Source of the DNA: the human T2T-CHM13v2.0 reference genome, Homo sapiens | Assembly (NCBI RefSeq): GCF_009914755.1 | Contig: NC_060933.1 | Length of the DNA: 64,000 bases | Reading direction: 5' to 3' (one strand) | In this document: piece by piece, positions 14,000-27,726 of the stretch | Position numbering within the stretch: the first letter of the stretch is position 1 | Layout of the letters: each line of letters starts with the position of its first letter | The notes under the pieces: generated by a model | The model's database searches: none | What the model saw: only the letters and a program-made list of their open reading frames with translations | What the model was told of the DNA's origin: nothing | Made by a program: the position numbers and the translations under genes

Positions 14000-15090
14000 T
14001 GTTTTTTAACTTTTATTTTAGGTTCACGGGGTACATGTGAAGATTTGTTACTTAGGTAAACCCATGTCATGGGGGTTTGTTGTACAGATTATTTAATCAC
14101 TCAGGTATTAAGCCCAGTACCCAATTGTTATCTTTTCTAATCCTCTCCCTCCTCCCATCTTCCATTCTCAAGTAGACCCCAGTGTCTGTTGTTTCCTTCT
14201 TTGTGTTCATAAATTCTCATCATTTAGCTCCCATTTATAAGTGAGAACATGTGGTATCTGGTTTTCTTTTCCTCTGTTGGTTTGCTGAGGATAATAGCCT
14301 CTAGCTACATCCATGTTCCCACAAAAGTTATAATCTGGTTCTTTTTTATGGCTGCATGGTATTCCATGGTGTGTATGTACCACATTTTCTTTATCCAATC
14401 TGTTGTTGGTGGAAATATAGGTTTTCATGAAAAGATTCCAAGTTTTTGCTATTGTGAATAGTGCTGCAGTGAACATTCACGTGCACATGTCTTTATGGTA
14501 AAATGATTTATATTTCTCTGGGTATATATCCAGTAATGGGATTGTTGGGTCGAATGGCAGTTCTGCTTTTAGCTCTTTGAGGAATCACCATACTGCTTTC
14601 CATAATGGTTGAACTAATTTACACTCCCACCAACAGGGTGTAAGTGTTCCCTTTTTTTCACAACCTCACCAGCATCTGTTATTTTTTGACTTTTTAGTAA
14701 CAGGCATTCTGACTGGTGTGAGATGGTATCTAATTGTGGTTTATATTTGCATTCTCTAATGATCAGTGATATTGAGCATTTTCTCATAAGTTTGTTGGTC
14801 TCATATATGTCTTCTTTAGAAAAGTGACTATTCATGCCCTTTACCTACTTTTTAATGGGATTCTTTTTTTCTCTTATAAACTTGTTTAAGTTCCTTATAG
14901 AGGCTGGATATTAGGCCTTTGTCAGATGCGTAGTTTGCAAAAATTTTCTCCCATTCTGGAGGTTGTCTGTTTACTCTGTTGACAGTTTTTTTTTTGTTTT
15001 TTTTTTTGCTGTGCAGAAGCTCTTAAGTGTAATTAGATACCATTTGTCAATTTTTGTTTTTATCATGATTGTTTTTGGTGTCTTTGTCAT
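14000..15090 (-). mobile_element. 5'-truncated primate LINE-1 (L1PA/PB-like 3' end), antisense, in NIPSNAP3B intron 4
   Basis: Reverse L1 3'UTR and ORF2 remnants (MFTAALFTIAKTWN; HFSKEDIY). Confidence 0.9.
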
Positions 15091-15600
15091 TCAAAATTGA
15101 CATAGAAAATTCTCACATTGTTGCAGCATTTTAAAAAATCTGTTACTAAGTATAATATACACTAAGACCCTAATTTGGTTTACTAATTTTTTTTAAAGGA
15201 AACACACCATATGTTGATAAAGGTTTATCTAGGCAGTTAAGATTATACTAACTTTTATTTTTTCTTTGTATCACCTAAATTTTCCACAGTAAACAATTTT
15301 TTATAATCTGCTTTTTTTAAAAAATAAAACATAGTAGGAAGTCATTAAACTCGGGTCTAGTCTTAATTGTGCCTTAAGCTGTGTTTCTTTGCATTCTCTC
15401 TTCGGCCTTATGTTTCCAGTTTAACTTATAAATTTATCTTCCAAATTTCTGATCCCTCTGAAATCTTATAACTAACATATTTAGTTTTACCTTTTGATTT
15501 TGATTTAAAGAATAAGACAACATTTCTGATTCACTTTTTCAATATTTCTTATTTGCTATTGCCATATATTTCAGAAACTACTTGTGGTTTATTTCTGCAG

Positions 15601-15687
15601 TTCATGTTCTTTGGTGGAATGAGAGTGCAGATAGTCGTGCAGCTGGGAGACATAAGTCCCATGAGGATCCCAGAGTTGTGGCGGCTG
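15601..15687 (+). CDS. NIPSNAP3B: NIPSNAP3B exon 5 (87 nt)
   Basis: ctgcag|TTCATG...GCGGCTG|gtaagc. Confidence 0.95.
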
Positions 15688-15775
15688 GTAAGCTGTTTCA
15701 CTAAGCACGAATTATTTTTAGAACAAATGTGATTCAACCAATAACTGTATGCCTTCTTATGAAATGTTTTTCCAG

Positions 15776-15852
15776 TTCGGGAAAGTGTCAACTACCTAGT
15801 TTCTCAGCAGAATATGCTTCTGATTCCTGCATCATTTTCACCATTGAAATAG
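15776..15852 (+). CDS. NIPSNAP3B: NIPSNAP3B exon 6 CDS part
   Basis: (V)RESVNYLVSQQNMLLIPASFSPLK*; six exons sum 60+211+159+150+87+77=744 nt (247 aa + stop). Confidence 0.95.
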
Positions 15853-16601
15853 TTTTCTACTGAAATACAAAACATTTCATTAACTGCTCTAAGATGTGTC
15901 TGCTAATGGTGCTTAAATTCTCCCAAGAGGTTCTCGCTTTTATTTGAAGGAGGTGGTAAGTTAATTAGTTAATTTGCTGTGCTTCTTGCATTTTTGAAAG
16001 TTACATATTCTCCACTGCTTTAAGAAATAATTCAGTTCACTTTCACCTTGGCATTTCAGTATCTGTTACACATTAGAAGTAGTTGTCACTATTTCATCAT
16101 CTTGGTTTTTCATTTGTTTTAGAATACCTCTTCTGTATTTTGATAACTCATTGCTTTATAGCATTTTCTTTTACTCAAATAAGGATTTTACATTTCCTTG
16201 CCTGACAGTATTTTTGAATTATTTATATAAAATATCTATCTTTTCATCATGTCTATAGTTCCTGAGATTTTAAAAAAATTTGCTTAGTAAAGGTTATTTT
16301 GTGATATAAAATGGGATTTATAAAAATATTAGATTGTTTATTTCTTTACTGTGGAAAAGTAGAATGTCATCTGTATTAATTATTGCTTTTACATTCATTG
16401 ATTATTAGTCATTCTAACTTGGAAAATAATGCAATTGGGTCACAGTGTTAAAAATCTAGAAAAGACTTGTTGGTTTATATGCTGAAATTGTTCATTTATA
16501 ATTAATTTTACTAATTTCTACTTAGTTTGGATCACTAACAGAGATCTTGGGACATTTATTTGTTTTAAAGAAATATTTATGGTTATGGAAACGCTTGCCC
16601 T

Positions 16602-16607
16602 AATAAA
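16602..16607 (+). terminator. NIPSNAP3B: Proximal poly(A) signal of NIPSNAP3B (second AATAAA at 16738-16743)
   Basis: AATAAA homologous to NIPSNAP3A 2885-2890. Confidence 0.65.
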
Positions 16608-19600
16608 AATCCTGCATATTCATTGTTTTTTTAAATTCACATTTTATACTTATATGATCTCTAAAGCTCTTGCTATGTTGCTATAAGACAGTAATATAGT
16701 GATAATTTACCAACTTTATTGAAAATGTTGTTACATCAATAAAATAGCATGCTGGGAACCTGAGAAGGAAGGTTTCTTTAGTACTGCCACAGATGTCCTG
16801 GAGTTTTCCTTGAAACATCTTTCATTTCCATTTTACTTGATGCCTCTACCTACTAAAACTAGATTTGGTACTTCCGATAGTGTATATTTACAGCTATATT
16901 ATATTTACATTTTTACAGACTATCTTCTGATAATCTGTATTTACAGCTATGTTATTTTATATTTTTAAAATCTTACAGCTATAAAATAGTAAATTGTGAA
17001 TTAGCTGTCCAAGGGCAATTTGGAAAACAAACTGTACAGTTTCCTCTCATTTATCAGGCTCTAAGCGATCTGCAGTTTATCTGGGCTATTATGCAATGTG
17101 AGATATTATTTATGAGAGGCAGGCAGTGGCAGCTTAAACAGACATACCTCCTCAGCATTCTTTTCCATGCAGAGTTCAAAGAGGCCTAAGACATCTCACA
17201 TTTATGTGAAATAGTTGAGGCACAAGTATGTGGTTAACTACACATAAATTACCAATAAAATTAAAAGTTAACTAAAATACTACAGAAGACATTTAATATT
17301 TTGCTTCAGACTGTTATAGTACCTTAGGGTTATGAACATCAATTACCTTTGAGCCTTACTATATTTAAAGGGAAGGGGAAGCTGACATTTTTGTCTTTTT
17401 TAATGGGTACACTCTACGTTACCTTAAAGGCTTCCCCGGTTTAAGCAAAAATAGAATTATGTGGTTTAAATCATATACCTTATTCTTCATACTTAGCTCC
17501 AAGTAGATTATGACTTTTCCTAAAACTTAACATGACAGAGATTTGCCTTCCAGGGGGTCTAATTTGAAGAGGAAAGTAATTTAAATGTATAGGTTTATAT
17601 AATAGCATTGTATTTTTCTCTATTTTATTCATTCTTTCATTCTCTTCGATGACTCCCAGCACCTGCGCGTCCATCTTCATTCTTAGCCAATGACCTTTCC
17701 TTTTACTTAACAGAGAAAATAACAATCAGAAGAGTCTTCATAAGTTCCCACCCCGTCTGCCCGCTTTCTACAGCCAACCCCACATGCCCTGCCTTCTCTC
17801 CTTTCACTGTGGATGAACCGCCCGTGCCCCAAGCAAAGACAAACCCTCCACTTGAACACTCACTTGCTGAAGGATGTGGCTTAGGCAGTTTTCCTGTCTC
17901 CTGAAGCCACAGTATTCCCCTTCAACTGGATTCTTCTCCTCAGCATATAAATATACTTTTTTTTCCTATCTTTAAAAAAAAAAAAGAGTAAAATCACCCC
18001 ATTTTTTTCCTTTACAATATGACTCAAAAGAGTAGTTCATACTTCCTGCCTCCATTTTCTTCCCTCACATTATCTCTTAAACATTCTCTGATCACGCCAG
18101 CCAAATTGCTCTTGTCAACTCATTTCCCAGTTCTCATTTCACTTGACTTGTTAGCAGTTGACCTCTCCTTTCTTCTGGAAAGTTTCTTCGTTTCTCCGAA
18201 ACACTCACTGCACAAGCCTTCATATCTCCTAGTCTCCATCTTGTCTCTTTGACCTCTGATGTAAGGACTGAGTCCTTGGACCACTTCTCTTTTCTATTTA
18301 TACTTACTCCCTGCGTCATCACCCCCAGTCTTGTGGCTTCAAATGCTATCTGTGTGTGGATAGCTCCTCCAGTCCACACCTCTTTTCTGAATCTTTTTTC
18401 AAATTCACACATGTGAATTTGAATTCCAGGCTCATCACATCCAGGTGTGTTCCCCACACCTCCACCTGAATGTCTATTAGAAATCTCACACCCCTCTTGT
18501 CCAAAACTGAGCTCTTGATCTTTAACCAGAAACTTTATCTCAGCTATTGGCAACTCCAGGTTTCTGTTTTGCTCAGGCCACAGACTTCAGAGTCATTCTC
18601 ACACTGCCTTTTCTCTCATACACCATTATGTACCTGTCAGCAGGTCCCAAATATCTAGAATTTGATTGCTTCACATCCCTATAGCAACTCTCCTGGTTCA
18701 AGCCCATCATCATCTGGATTTTTGGGAAGTGGTCTTAACTGGTGTGCTGCCCTTCCCCTCTGCTCTCAACCCTATTTTCAACATAGCAGTCAGAATAATC
18801 TAAAATATAAACCAGATCATATCACTCCTCTGCTCAACACCCCCTCCCAATACCTTCATGTCATCCTCAGAGTTATTGTCCAAGCCTCTAACTGTGGTCT
18901 ACAAGTCTTTACATGATCTGTCCTGTTACATTTTCCACTCTCGCTCCAGACCTGACCTAAGAGGCTTTTCTCTGAACTTGCTAAACATGCTCTTACCTGA
19001 GGGTCCATTCCCACTGCCTCTGCCTGGAATGCTCTTCCCCAGACATGCATCTGCGTGGATCATTTCCATGCCTCCTCAGGTCTTTGCCCTCATGAAGCCT
19101 TCCCTGACAACCCTATTTAAGATTGTAATCCCCTCCCACAGTGGCCCCTATCTGCTAGAGACTGAATGTTTTTGTCCCCCCCAAAATTCCTATGTTGAAG
19201 CCTTAATCTCAACATAGGAGGTTTGGCCTTTGTGAGTTAGTTTTAGATGAGGTCATGTGGGTAATAGAATTAGTGCATTTATAAGGGCGTGAAGAGCCCT
19301 CACTGTGAGGAAACCAGAATGTAAGCCTTCACCAGAACTTCTTCATGCTGGCACCCTGGTCTTAGACTTCCCAGCCACTAGATCTGTGAGAAAGAAATGT
19401 TTGTTGTTTAAGCCACCCTGTCTATGGTACTCTTGTTACAGCAACCTGAACTAAGACACTATCCCTCTCCCCTGCTTTCTTTTTCTGTTATCACCATAAT
19501 TAATGTTTTACTTATATATGATTTGTTAATGTATGTCTCTTCCCACTAGAAACCGAATTCTATGACAGCAAGGGTTTTTGTTTTCATTATTGTCATATTA

Positions 19601-20524
19601 CCTGTGCCTGGCATGTGATAAGCCCTAAGTACTTGTTGACTGAATTAACATATGAGATCTGTGAGTCTGAAAAAAGAAGTACATCATTCCTTCACATGTC
19701 ATTTTGAGCCACTGTTAACAGATTACATAACTGTTATTGGAAGTGCCTCACTACTCCATTTGGAAAGTATTCCTGGAATACACGATGAATGACTCAGTAG
19801 AAGTTCTGGCTATGGGGGAGTGCCATCAATAAATAAAAATAATACCATTGCCTGTTGGTTATAAGTTGCTGTCACAGACTATGAAGGTATTTGAATTGTA
19901 TTTTCAGGAAGAGAAACAGATATGCAACCAATCTGATTTGGTTCCACACCCTGCCACAGAAGTCCCAAAGGAGAAGCAAATGCCACTTGTAGACTCAAAC
20001 TCTGGACTTCATTCTCAGCACCATCTCTTAACCTACTGAGTAAATCCTATGAACCTGACTAGGGTGGCAACTGAAGTTGTAGTACTTTCTGTCTTCAAAG
20101 GAGGGTGAACCTGGAGTATGTTGGAAGAAGTGTTAGGTTCATTAGAGACACCTCTTTCATAACTGCTGTCACCTAGAATGTCTATTCTCTAAGCACCTTC
20201 TTGAAAGAAGCACATTCCCCCAGGAGGAGGAAATGGTTTGTTTTCTTTAGTGACAGTTGGCCCAGGATCCTAAGGTAAAGGAGTATGGGCACTAGACAAA
20301 ATGAGTTTTATAATAGTCGATTGGAAGGAATGGAAGTTTTTGAATCACAGGCTTCTGCCTTGAAAGGGCAAGTCCGTGGTGGTCATGAACCACCCAGAGT
20401 GTGTACAAGGCTCCTGCCAGAAGAAATGCCTGTAGGATTAAAAGCAAAACAGCAGAATCAAAAAGGAAGGGCACGATGATGCCCAGGTGCAGCCTATATT
20501 ATTAACAGACAAGGAAAGAATCCA

Positions 20525-20530
20525 AATAAA
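20525..20530 (+). terminator. NIPSNAP3B: Candidate distal poly(A) signal for extended NIPSNAP3B transcripts
   Basis: AATAAA followed about 20 nt later by GU/U-rich tgttgtcctgttttctgttt. Confidence 0.5.
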
Positions 20531-20969
20531 AGTTCTGTAAACCAGCTGTTGTCCTGTTTTCTGTTTCCCTTCAAAGCAAAAATATAGATTTGCATTATAT
20601 TTGCAGTCTCCCCTTCCTTGCCTCTCAGTCTTCCCTGAAAATCTATTCCAGTTAGGTCTGCATCCTTGTCATGCTGAAATGACTCTTATGAAGGTCACCA
20701 AGGACCTCTGTCTTAACAAATTCAATAGCCATTCCTGCCTTTACTCATTTACATTCCTTACTCATCTTCTCAGCAATGTTGGATATAATTGACAACTTCT
20801 GCCTTCCTGAAACAATAATTCTCTGAGCTTCAACATATGGCATTATACTCTTCAGATTTTACTCTCTCTCACTGGCCAGTCCCTCTCAATTTCCCTGGCT
20901 AGCTTCTCTTCTAAATGTTATAGGATCTCAGGCTCAAGAATGTTCCCTATCTTCATTCTCTCTAGGTAA

Positions 20970-21307
<338 letters not shown>

Positions 21308-22528
21308 AACTTGCACACATTTATCTTATTTTCCATCATTGCCCCTGAGCTTCAGACTGAAATACCCACTGCATTTTTAACACAACCATCTACCTAGTTC
21401 AGGTCACAAACTAGAAGTCACCTTGCTAGCTCTCTTTCCCTCAGCCCTTACATGCAGTCTGTCAGCAAGTCCTGCTGGATCTATCTCCAAAGTGGATACT
21501 GAACATTACCATAGCTCCCTATCTGTTGCTACCATCTTAGTTCAATCCACCATTATCTATTAGTCTTCCTACTGTCCTTTCTTCCCATAGTAGCCAGTGT
21601 TCTTTCTGAAACAGTAGGTCACACCACTACTGTTTAAAACTCTCCAGTGGCTCCTTGTTGCACTAACAATAAAATCCAAATACCTTAAAAAGGCTGGCGA
21701 GATCCTGTGAGATGTGGTCCCTGCTATCTCTCCAGTTCCACCCCCTGCCACTCTTGTCCTTGCTAACTCAGTACAAGAGACATTAGTACAGATAGCTCTT
21801 TTACCACCTCAGCTTGCCAAGCTTTTTCCCACTGGGGCTTTTGCAACACTTATTCTTTCTTCCGGGAATATCCTTCGCACCCACCTTGAAAGGCTGCTCC
21901 TGCTCTTTTTATTCGATTCTGAGCATGTCACTCCTCAGAAAAGGCCATCTCTGACTTCTCTCCATTGTTATCCAATTACCATGTCTTATTTTCTTCTTAG
22001 CACCCATTGCTGTCAAAATACATTAGATGTGTTTGTCCACACATCATCTTTCACCACTGAAATATAAATTCATTAGAGCAGGAATTCTATTTTCTTCTAC
22101 ATTGTACCCCCTAGTACCTAGAGAAGTATCTGGCATACAGTAAAGTTCAATAAATATTTGTTAAATTAATGTATATTGATGCTGATGTGATTTTACAAGG
22201 TCAATTTTAACTGATACCTAACTTCAACAAAAAGAACCCTCTGCCACTTGACTGAACCTGTACCTTTGGACGAGTTTCTTATCCACTGAGCTGTAATTTA
22301 CTCATATGTAAAATGGTACTTTTTACCTCACAGGGCAGGTGTTGAGAATTAAATGAAGTGCATGACAACACAGTAAACACTTGAAAACTGAAGCTAAGTG
22401 GGTTTTTTTTTTTTTTTTTTACTTAATGTAAACATTACCATTACAAAGTGCCAAGTTTTTTGAATCTGGAAAAGTTCTTTTGGGCTTTTCTACAGATAGA
22501 AGAATGTTTTAGTCAAGGCTCATGGGTA

Positions 22529-22840
22529 GGGCCAGGCAAGGTGGCTCATGCCTGTAATCCCAGCACTTTGGGAGCCCAAGGCAGAAGGATCACCTTAGGT
22601 CAGGAGTTTGAGACCAGCCTGGCCAACGTATAGTGAAACCCCATCTCTACTAAAAATACAAAAATTAGCTGGTTGTGGTGGCGCATGCCTGTAGTACCAG
22701 CTACTTGGGAAGCTGAGGAGAATCGCTTGAACCCGGGAGGCGGAGGTTGCAGTGAGCCAAGATCATGCCGCTGCACTCCAGCCTGGACGACAGAGCGAGA
22801 TTCTGTTTCTCAAAAACAAAAACAAAAAGCAAAAACAAAA
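22529..22840 (+). mobile_element. AluS
   Basis: Dimeric Alu; TSD ctcatgggta. Confidence 0.95.
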
Positions 22841-23813
22841 CCTCATGGGTAACATATTTTCATCTAAATTACCTGCCTTTTTATTTTTCAATAAAGTTTT
22901 TTCCTCTCCCTCGTCATTGTTCACGAAGAAACAGTGTTCTATGATTTCATTAAAGTCACTATAACATGAACTTCAAGATAGGAGGATGAAGTTGTGATGC
23001 TGATGCTCAGGGGGCATCTTGGCTCACTTGAAGCCAAGATTTTTCTGCACACAAAGTTCAGATCTGTGCCACAGGAAAAGGACTGCTCACGACACTGTCA
23101 CAGCCATTCCTGAGGTCACAAATAGAGACAGCCTCTTGTACTTCCTCAAAAGGACTGTTTGACAGGGATTCTTCAAGTAGCAAAATAAGCAGACATCTCT
23201 TTCTGAAACTGATTCTTAATGAGCTATGAAAAATACATTTACATTTATCAGCACTGCTCATATGTTGTCTGCACAGCACTTATTACAGGAAAAAAGGAAG
23301 GAATCACCGATATTAGTATCATTTCTGTTTCCATATCTACTTCGCCTTCCTGCTCACCATTGCCACCACCCCCAGCACCTTCCCAGTATAACTGCTACAT
23401 TGTGTCCTTATATTTTTGGTTGAATAAACAAAAGGACACTGAAGGCTGCCTTTGTAGCTTCCCCTATACCAAGTGAACATTTATTAAATAAGCTCAGCTA
23501 CAGAGCATTTTCAGAAATCTCAGTGCAGCTTCATAATCATTAAGCAGAATATTTATCTAAAAACCTCTAACACTTAATACCAGTTACTCAGTATCTTAAC
23601 CAACATGAAAATACAAAACAACCTTTTATTTTCAAGTAGTCCCCTCAGTTCTCTTTTATGATTAAGGGAACATCTGAATCTTTTCTAAAGTTTTTCCTTT
23701 TGATCCAAATCACTTCCCCTCTACTTTTCTAATGGCTTTATAACCCTTCAACAGTAGGTGGTGCCACAAATGCACAAAAGTAAATTTCTGTAGACCAACA
23801 GAACTGTCACAGC

Positions 23814-23819
23814 TTTATT
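23814..23819 (-). terminator. ABCA1: ABCA1 polyadenylation signal AATAAA
   Basis: tttatt on + strand; U-rich element downstream on - strand. Confidence 0.85.
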
Positions 23820-25615
23820 TTGTGACTCATTATATTACAACATAGAAATATGCATTTTAATACTTCATATAAAGTTATTGACATACAAAATTTTTTTTCT
23901 TTTTTCCTTTTAATGAAAATGATTTAACTTAGAAATCTGTTGTGAAACTTTTGTCTAGTTTTGCAATTCTCAGATATTCCAGTGCAAAAATAGATCCCAT
24001 TACAGACAGCGTAAAGTGCTTGGAATGAGGGCCAATGATGAACAAAGAGCACAAAAACAGCTTCATCTTAGGGTATAAGAAGGGATAATAGCATACCTAA
24101 ATCCTTATGGAAATAGAAACATTCTAAGGGGGATGCAACAATTTTGAAAAGAATTAGAGCAATATTTCTACAGTATTACATTATTACTAGTAGATAATAA
24201 CAAGGGTACAAATTAATGTCTCAATATCAAAGTGGTTCAGTATTACATGACACATGGCTCTTTGGAAAATATTTTACCTGATATATACAACCACAAGAAG
24301 AAAACACAGACAAATGGCTTTAGTCAATGATTACTATACAGTGAATGAATGATGTGCAACATTTAATAGTCACAAAGCATTTGCTTTCAGTACAGATAAT
24401 GAAATACAGTAGTGTGAGGTTTGGTTGTTTTTTAACAATGAATTGTGCTGGGCATTTATGTATAGAGGGCTTATTATTTTCTTCTGTATTTCTCATATTC
24501 ACAGTTGTTAATAAGTTTTCTGAGGTGTCCCAAAGATGCAAAAGCAGAAATTTTTGAACACGTATTTTGAGAATTTCTGAAACTCACATAGGTACATTCC
24601 ACAGGGAATATACAGAAATTTTGCTTGATTGAGTATAGAGTTGGTAAAAATTTCTACCACAATTAGGTTTACACAGGAAAATGTAAAAAATTACTATTTT
24701 AAAAGGTAACACAGTATTAATGAAGATGTATAACTATAGATTGTTTCTAGCTTCAGAAGAGGTCCTTTCAATCTGTATTAAAATGTTGTGTTTTCTTCAA
24801 AATAGTTCACAGTGCCTTTTGATTTTTTAAAATATGGCCTTGAAATCAGAGGAACCGAAGTAAGGAGTTGCTCATAGATTTACTATAATGAAGAATTAGA
24901 ATACGATTTTAGTAAAATGAGGAAACCATAACTTTGATTTTGAAAAATATTAAATGAGGAGAAATTATTCTATAAATTCTGTATTTTTGAAGATACTGTA
25001 AAATGCAACGATGCCATATCACTAGTTATTGGAAATATGCCTTCATTACTTATATTTAAAATCAATATTGACTTTAACTTCTAAAACAATCATTTTTTTC
25101 TTTTTCAGCAGTGGGTTATATAATATTCTGTAAATTTAAAAAATATAGAAAGATTAATTTGAAATCTGAAGTCTTACACCTTTAGCGTTAATATTCAAAT
25201 TTTGGAAAAAGTGGAAGAAGTTAGTAATGATATTGAAAGATCACTTGAACTTCCCCAAACAATAGTTCTCTCATATTTTTCTTTTCTCTCAAGACAGTTA
25301 ACAGTAAGTATTAGTGAAACAGTATTTTTACAAATGTTTACTGACTAGAAAAATAAGACTGGGTTAGAAAACTCTGAAAAATGCTCCATATGGAAGTATT
25401 TGTTGTTTTTATATTTTTCTTGACTAGTGATTGAAGAGATGAAAAATTTGAGACTGTCAGATTTAATGGGGTATCCAATATCTGCAAAGCCAATTATTTG
25501 AAGGTACTAAATGCCATAAACACAAGTTGTGTTTTTCAGCAAGTTTTCAAGCTAGCTGTTTTCCCTGTTGAAGAATTCATTGTTTAGACTTGTGACCCTT
25601 ATACTTTCTTGGCTT

Positions 25616-25623
25616 TTGCATTG
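25616..25623 (-). promoter_or_regulatory. Fourth (distal) miR-33 8mer site
   Basis: ttgcattg about 1475 nt into the 3'UTR. Confidence 0.85.
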
Positions 25624-26940
25624 TTGCAATTAAAAAAAAAAAAAAAAAGGCTGCCCAGTATTGTTACAGTGGGCTCCTACAACCACAAGACAACCTATAT
25701 TTGTAAACCAGTGAGCTGAATAACATGGCACAGGAAGTGTACTGAGACTTAATATCTCTCTAGTCTTATACGTACGTACATACTCTTTCAGCTACAGCAT
25801 ACACTCAAAAAATATTTGATTGATGAAGTGAGATTAAGAGTATCCTAAATGATCTGAAAGAAACTCAAATATAATGTCATGAGATCCTGACCATCACATT
25901 GCTTTCTAGGCACTAGTCATGACTGATATGCAAACTTACATAAGAAAATAAAAATAGTGGGGCAGTGGCCATACTCCTCTATACCACAGGGTTCTACAAA
26001 GAGGCCATTCTAAGGATTCAGAAGTCACTGATAGAACTTAAAATTCCAAATAACATTAAAAAGTACAAACATTTTTGTCAAAATACAACTCCATCTTTTC
26101 ATTTTCTAGATTAATTCAAAAAGCCAGAAATAATACACTTGTGTCAGATAAACATCTTGAGATGCAGTGTACCATGTTAGCAGACAGTCAGGACAAATGG
26201 GCACAGGCTTCCCTAGGTTTGAACGCACAATCTCTTTAATCCCATGCCCTGGCTTCAGCAGCTTGCAGCCCCAGCAGTTTGGCTGTTGATTCTTTGCCTC
26301 TTACCAGGATCTAAGTATATTTAAGAGTCTCATAAGGATGACCCTGTAGACCCATGGCTCGAAGCATAGGACAATATAACAATGGAACCAAGTTTCCCGT
26401 GCCTGGAGACACCCACATTTTTGTTGCATGTTACTGCCACCAGAACAGCTTATCAGAGGGAATCAAAGCAGGATGTTAGCCACGCATGGCACCATTCTGT
26501 CAACTGATATTCAATGTTGATAGACTCTGAGCAGAGCAGCTTTCACAAAAGTGAGCATGACACACCATGGTGCTTCAAACTTTCTGAAAAACTTGGCACT
26601 AATAACTCTGGCACACTCATTGCCAGCAATGGATGTGTCACCGGGAAACCAGTCTCCTGGGCATGGCATGGCTTAGTGAATGAGGATGTGCATTACCTTT
26701 TGATTTTGATCAATAATCGCTGGCCATGATTACTTGATGAATTATTGTTGCAACCCCAATGAGAATACACAGGAACAAAAAAAAAAAAAAAAGTGTGAGT
26801 TCAAACCCATATGTCCATTGGGTTCCATAATAGAGTTTCACATAGGTATAGGTAAAAAACTAAATTCAAGTCTTTCACTTGAGAGCCATACAAGACATAG
26901 GCTACAAAGGCACTGCCCCTGTAATGGAATTTTGTTTTCA

Positions 26941-26963
26941 TTGCATTGAATTGCATTGCATTG
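26941..26963 (-). promoter_or_regulatory. Three clustered miR-33a/b 8mer sites (CAAUGCAA)
   Basis: ttgcattg at 26941-48, 26951-58, 26956-63; miR-33 repression of ABCA1 is established. Confidence 0.95.
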
Positions 26964-27097
26964 AATAGTATCAGTACAGTATCCAGTTTACTTCTTCCCA
27001 CATCAACTTCTGGCTCTTTTCTCCACAACACTTCACATGGTGCAAAGGAAAGTCTAGTTCCTCTTTACTTTCAGCCACCCCGTATGAACAGGATTCT

Positions 27098-27241
<144 letters not shown>

Positions 27242-27268
27242 TTAAAAGATTAAGATGGACCTTTATAA

Positions 27269-27726
<458 letters not shown>

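Larger units (their letters stand above)
23787..27097 (-). promoter_or_regulatory. ABCA1: ABCA1 3'UTR (about 3.3 kb)
   Basis: Runs from the TGA to about 25 nt past AATAAA (23814-23819, - strand); no obvious transposon; many miRNA seed matches. Confidence 0.9.

Noticed and set aside
26935-26965. miR-33-like sequence on the + strand as a new miRNA gene
   Set aside because: No complementary arm for a pre-miRNA hairpin is visible nearby; it is explained as the complement of the target site.
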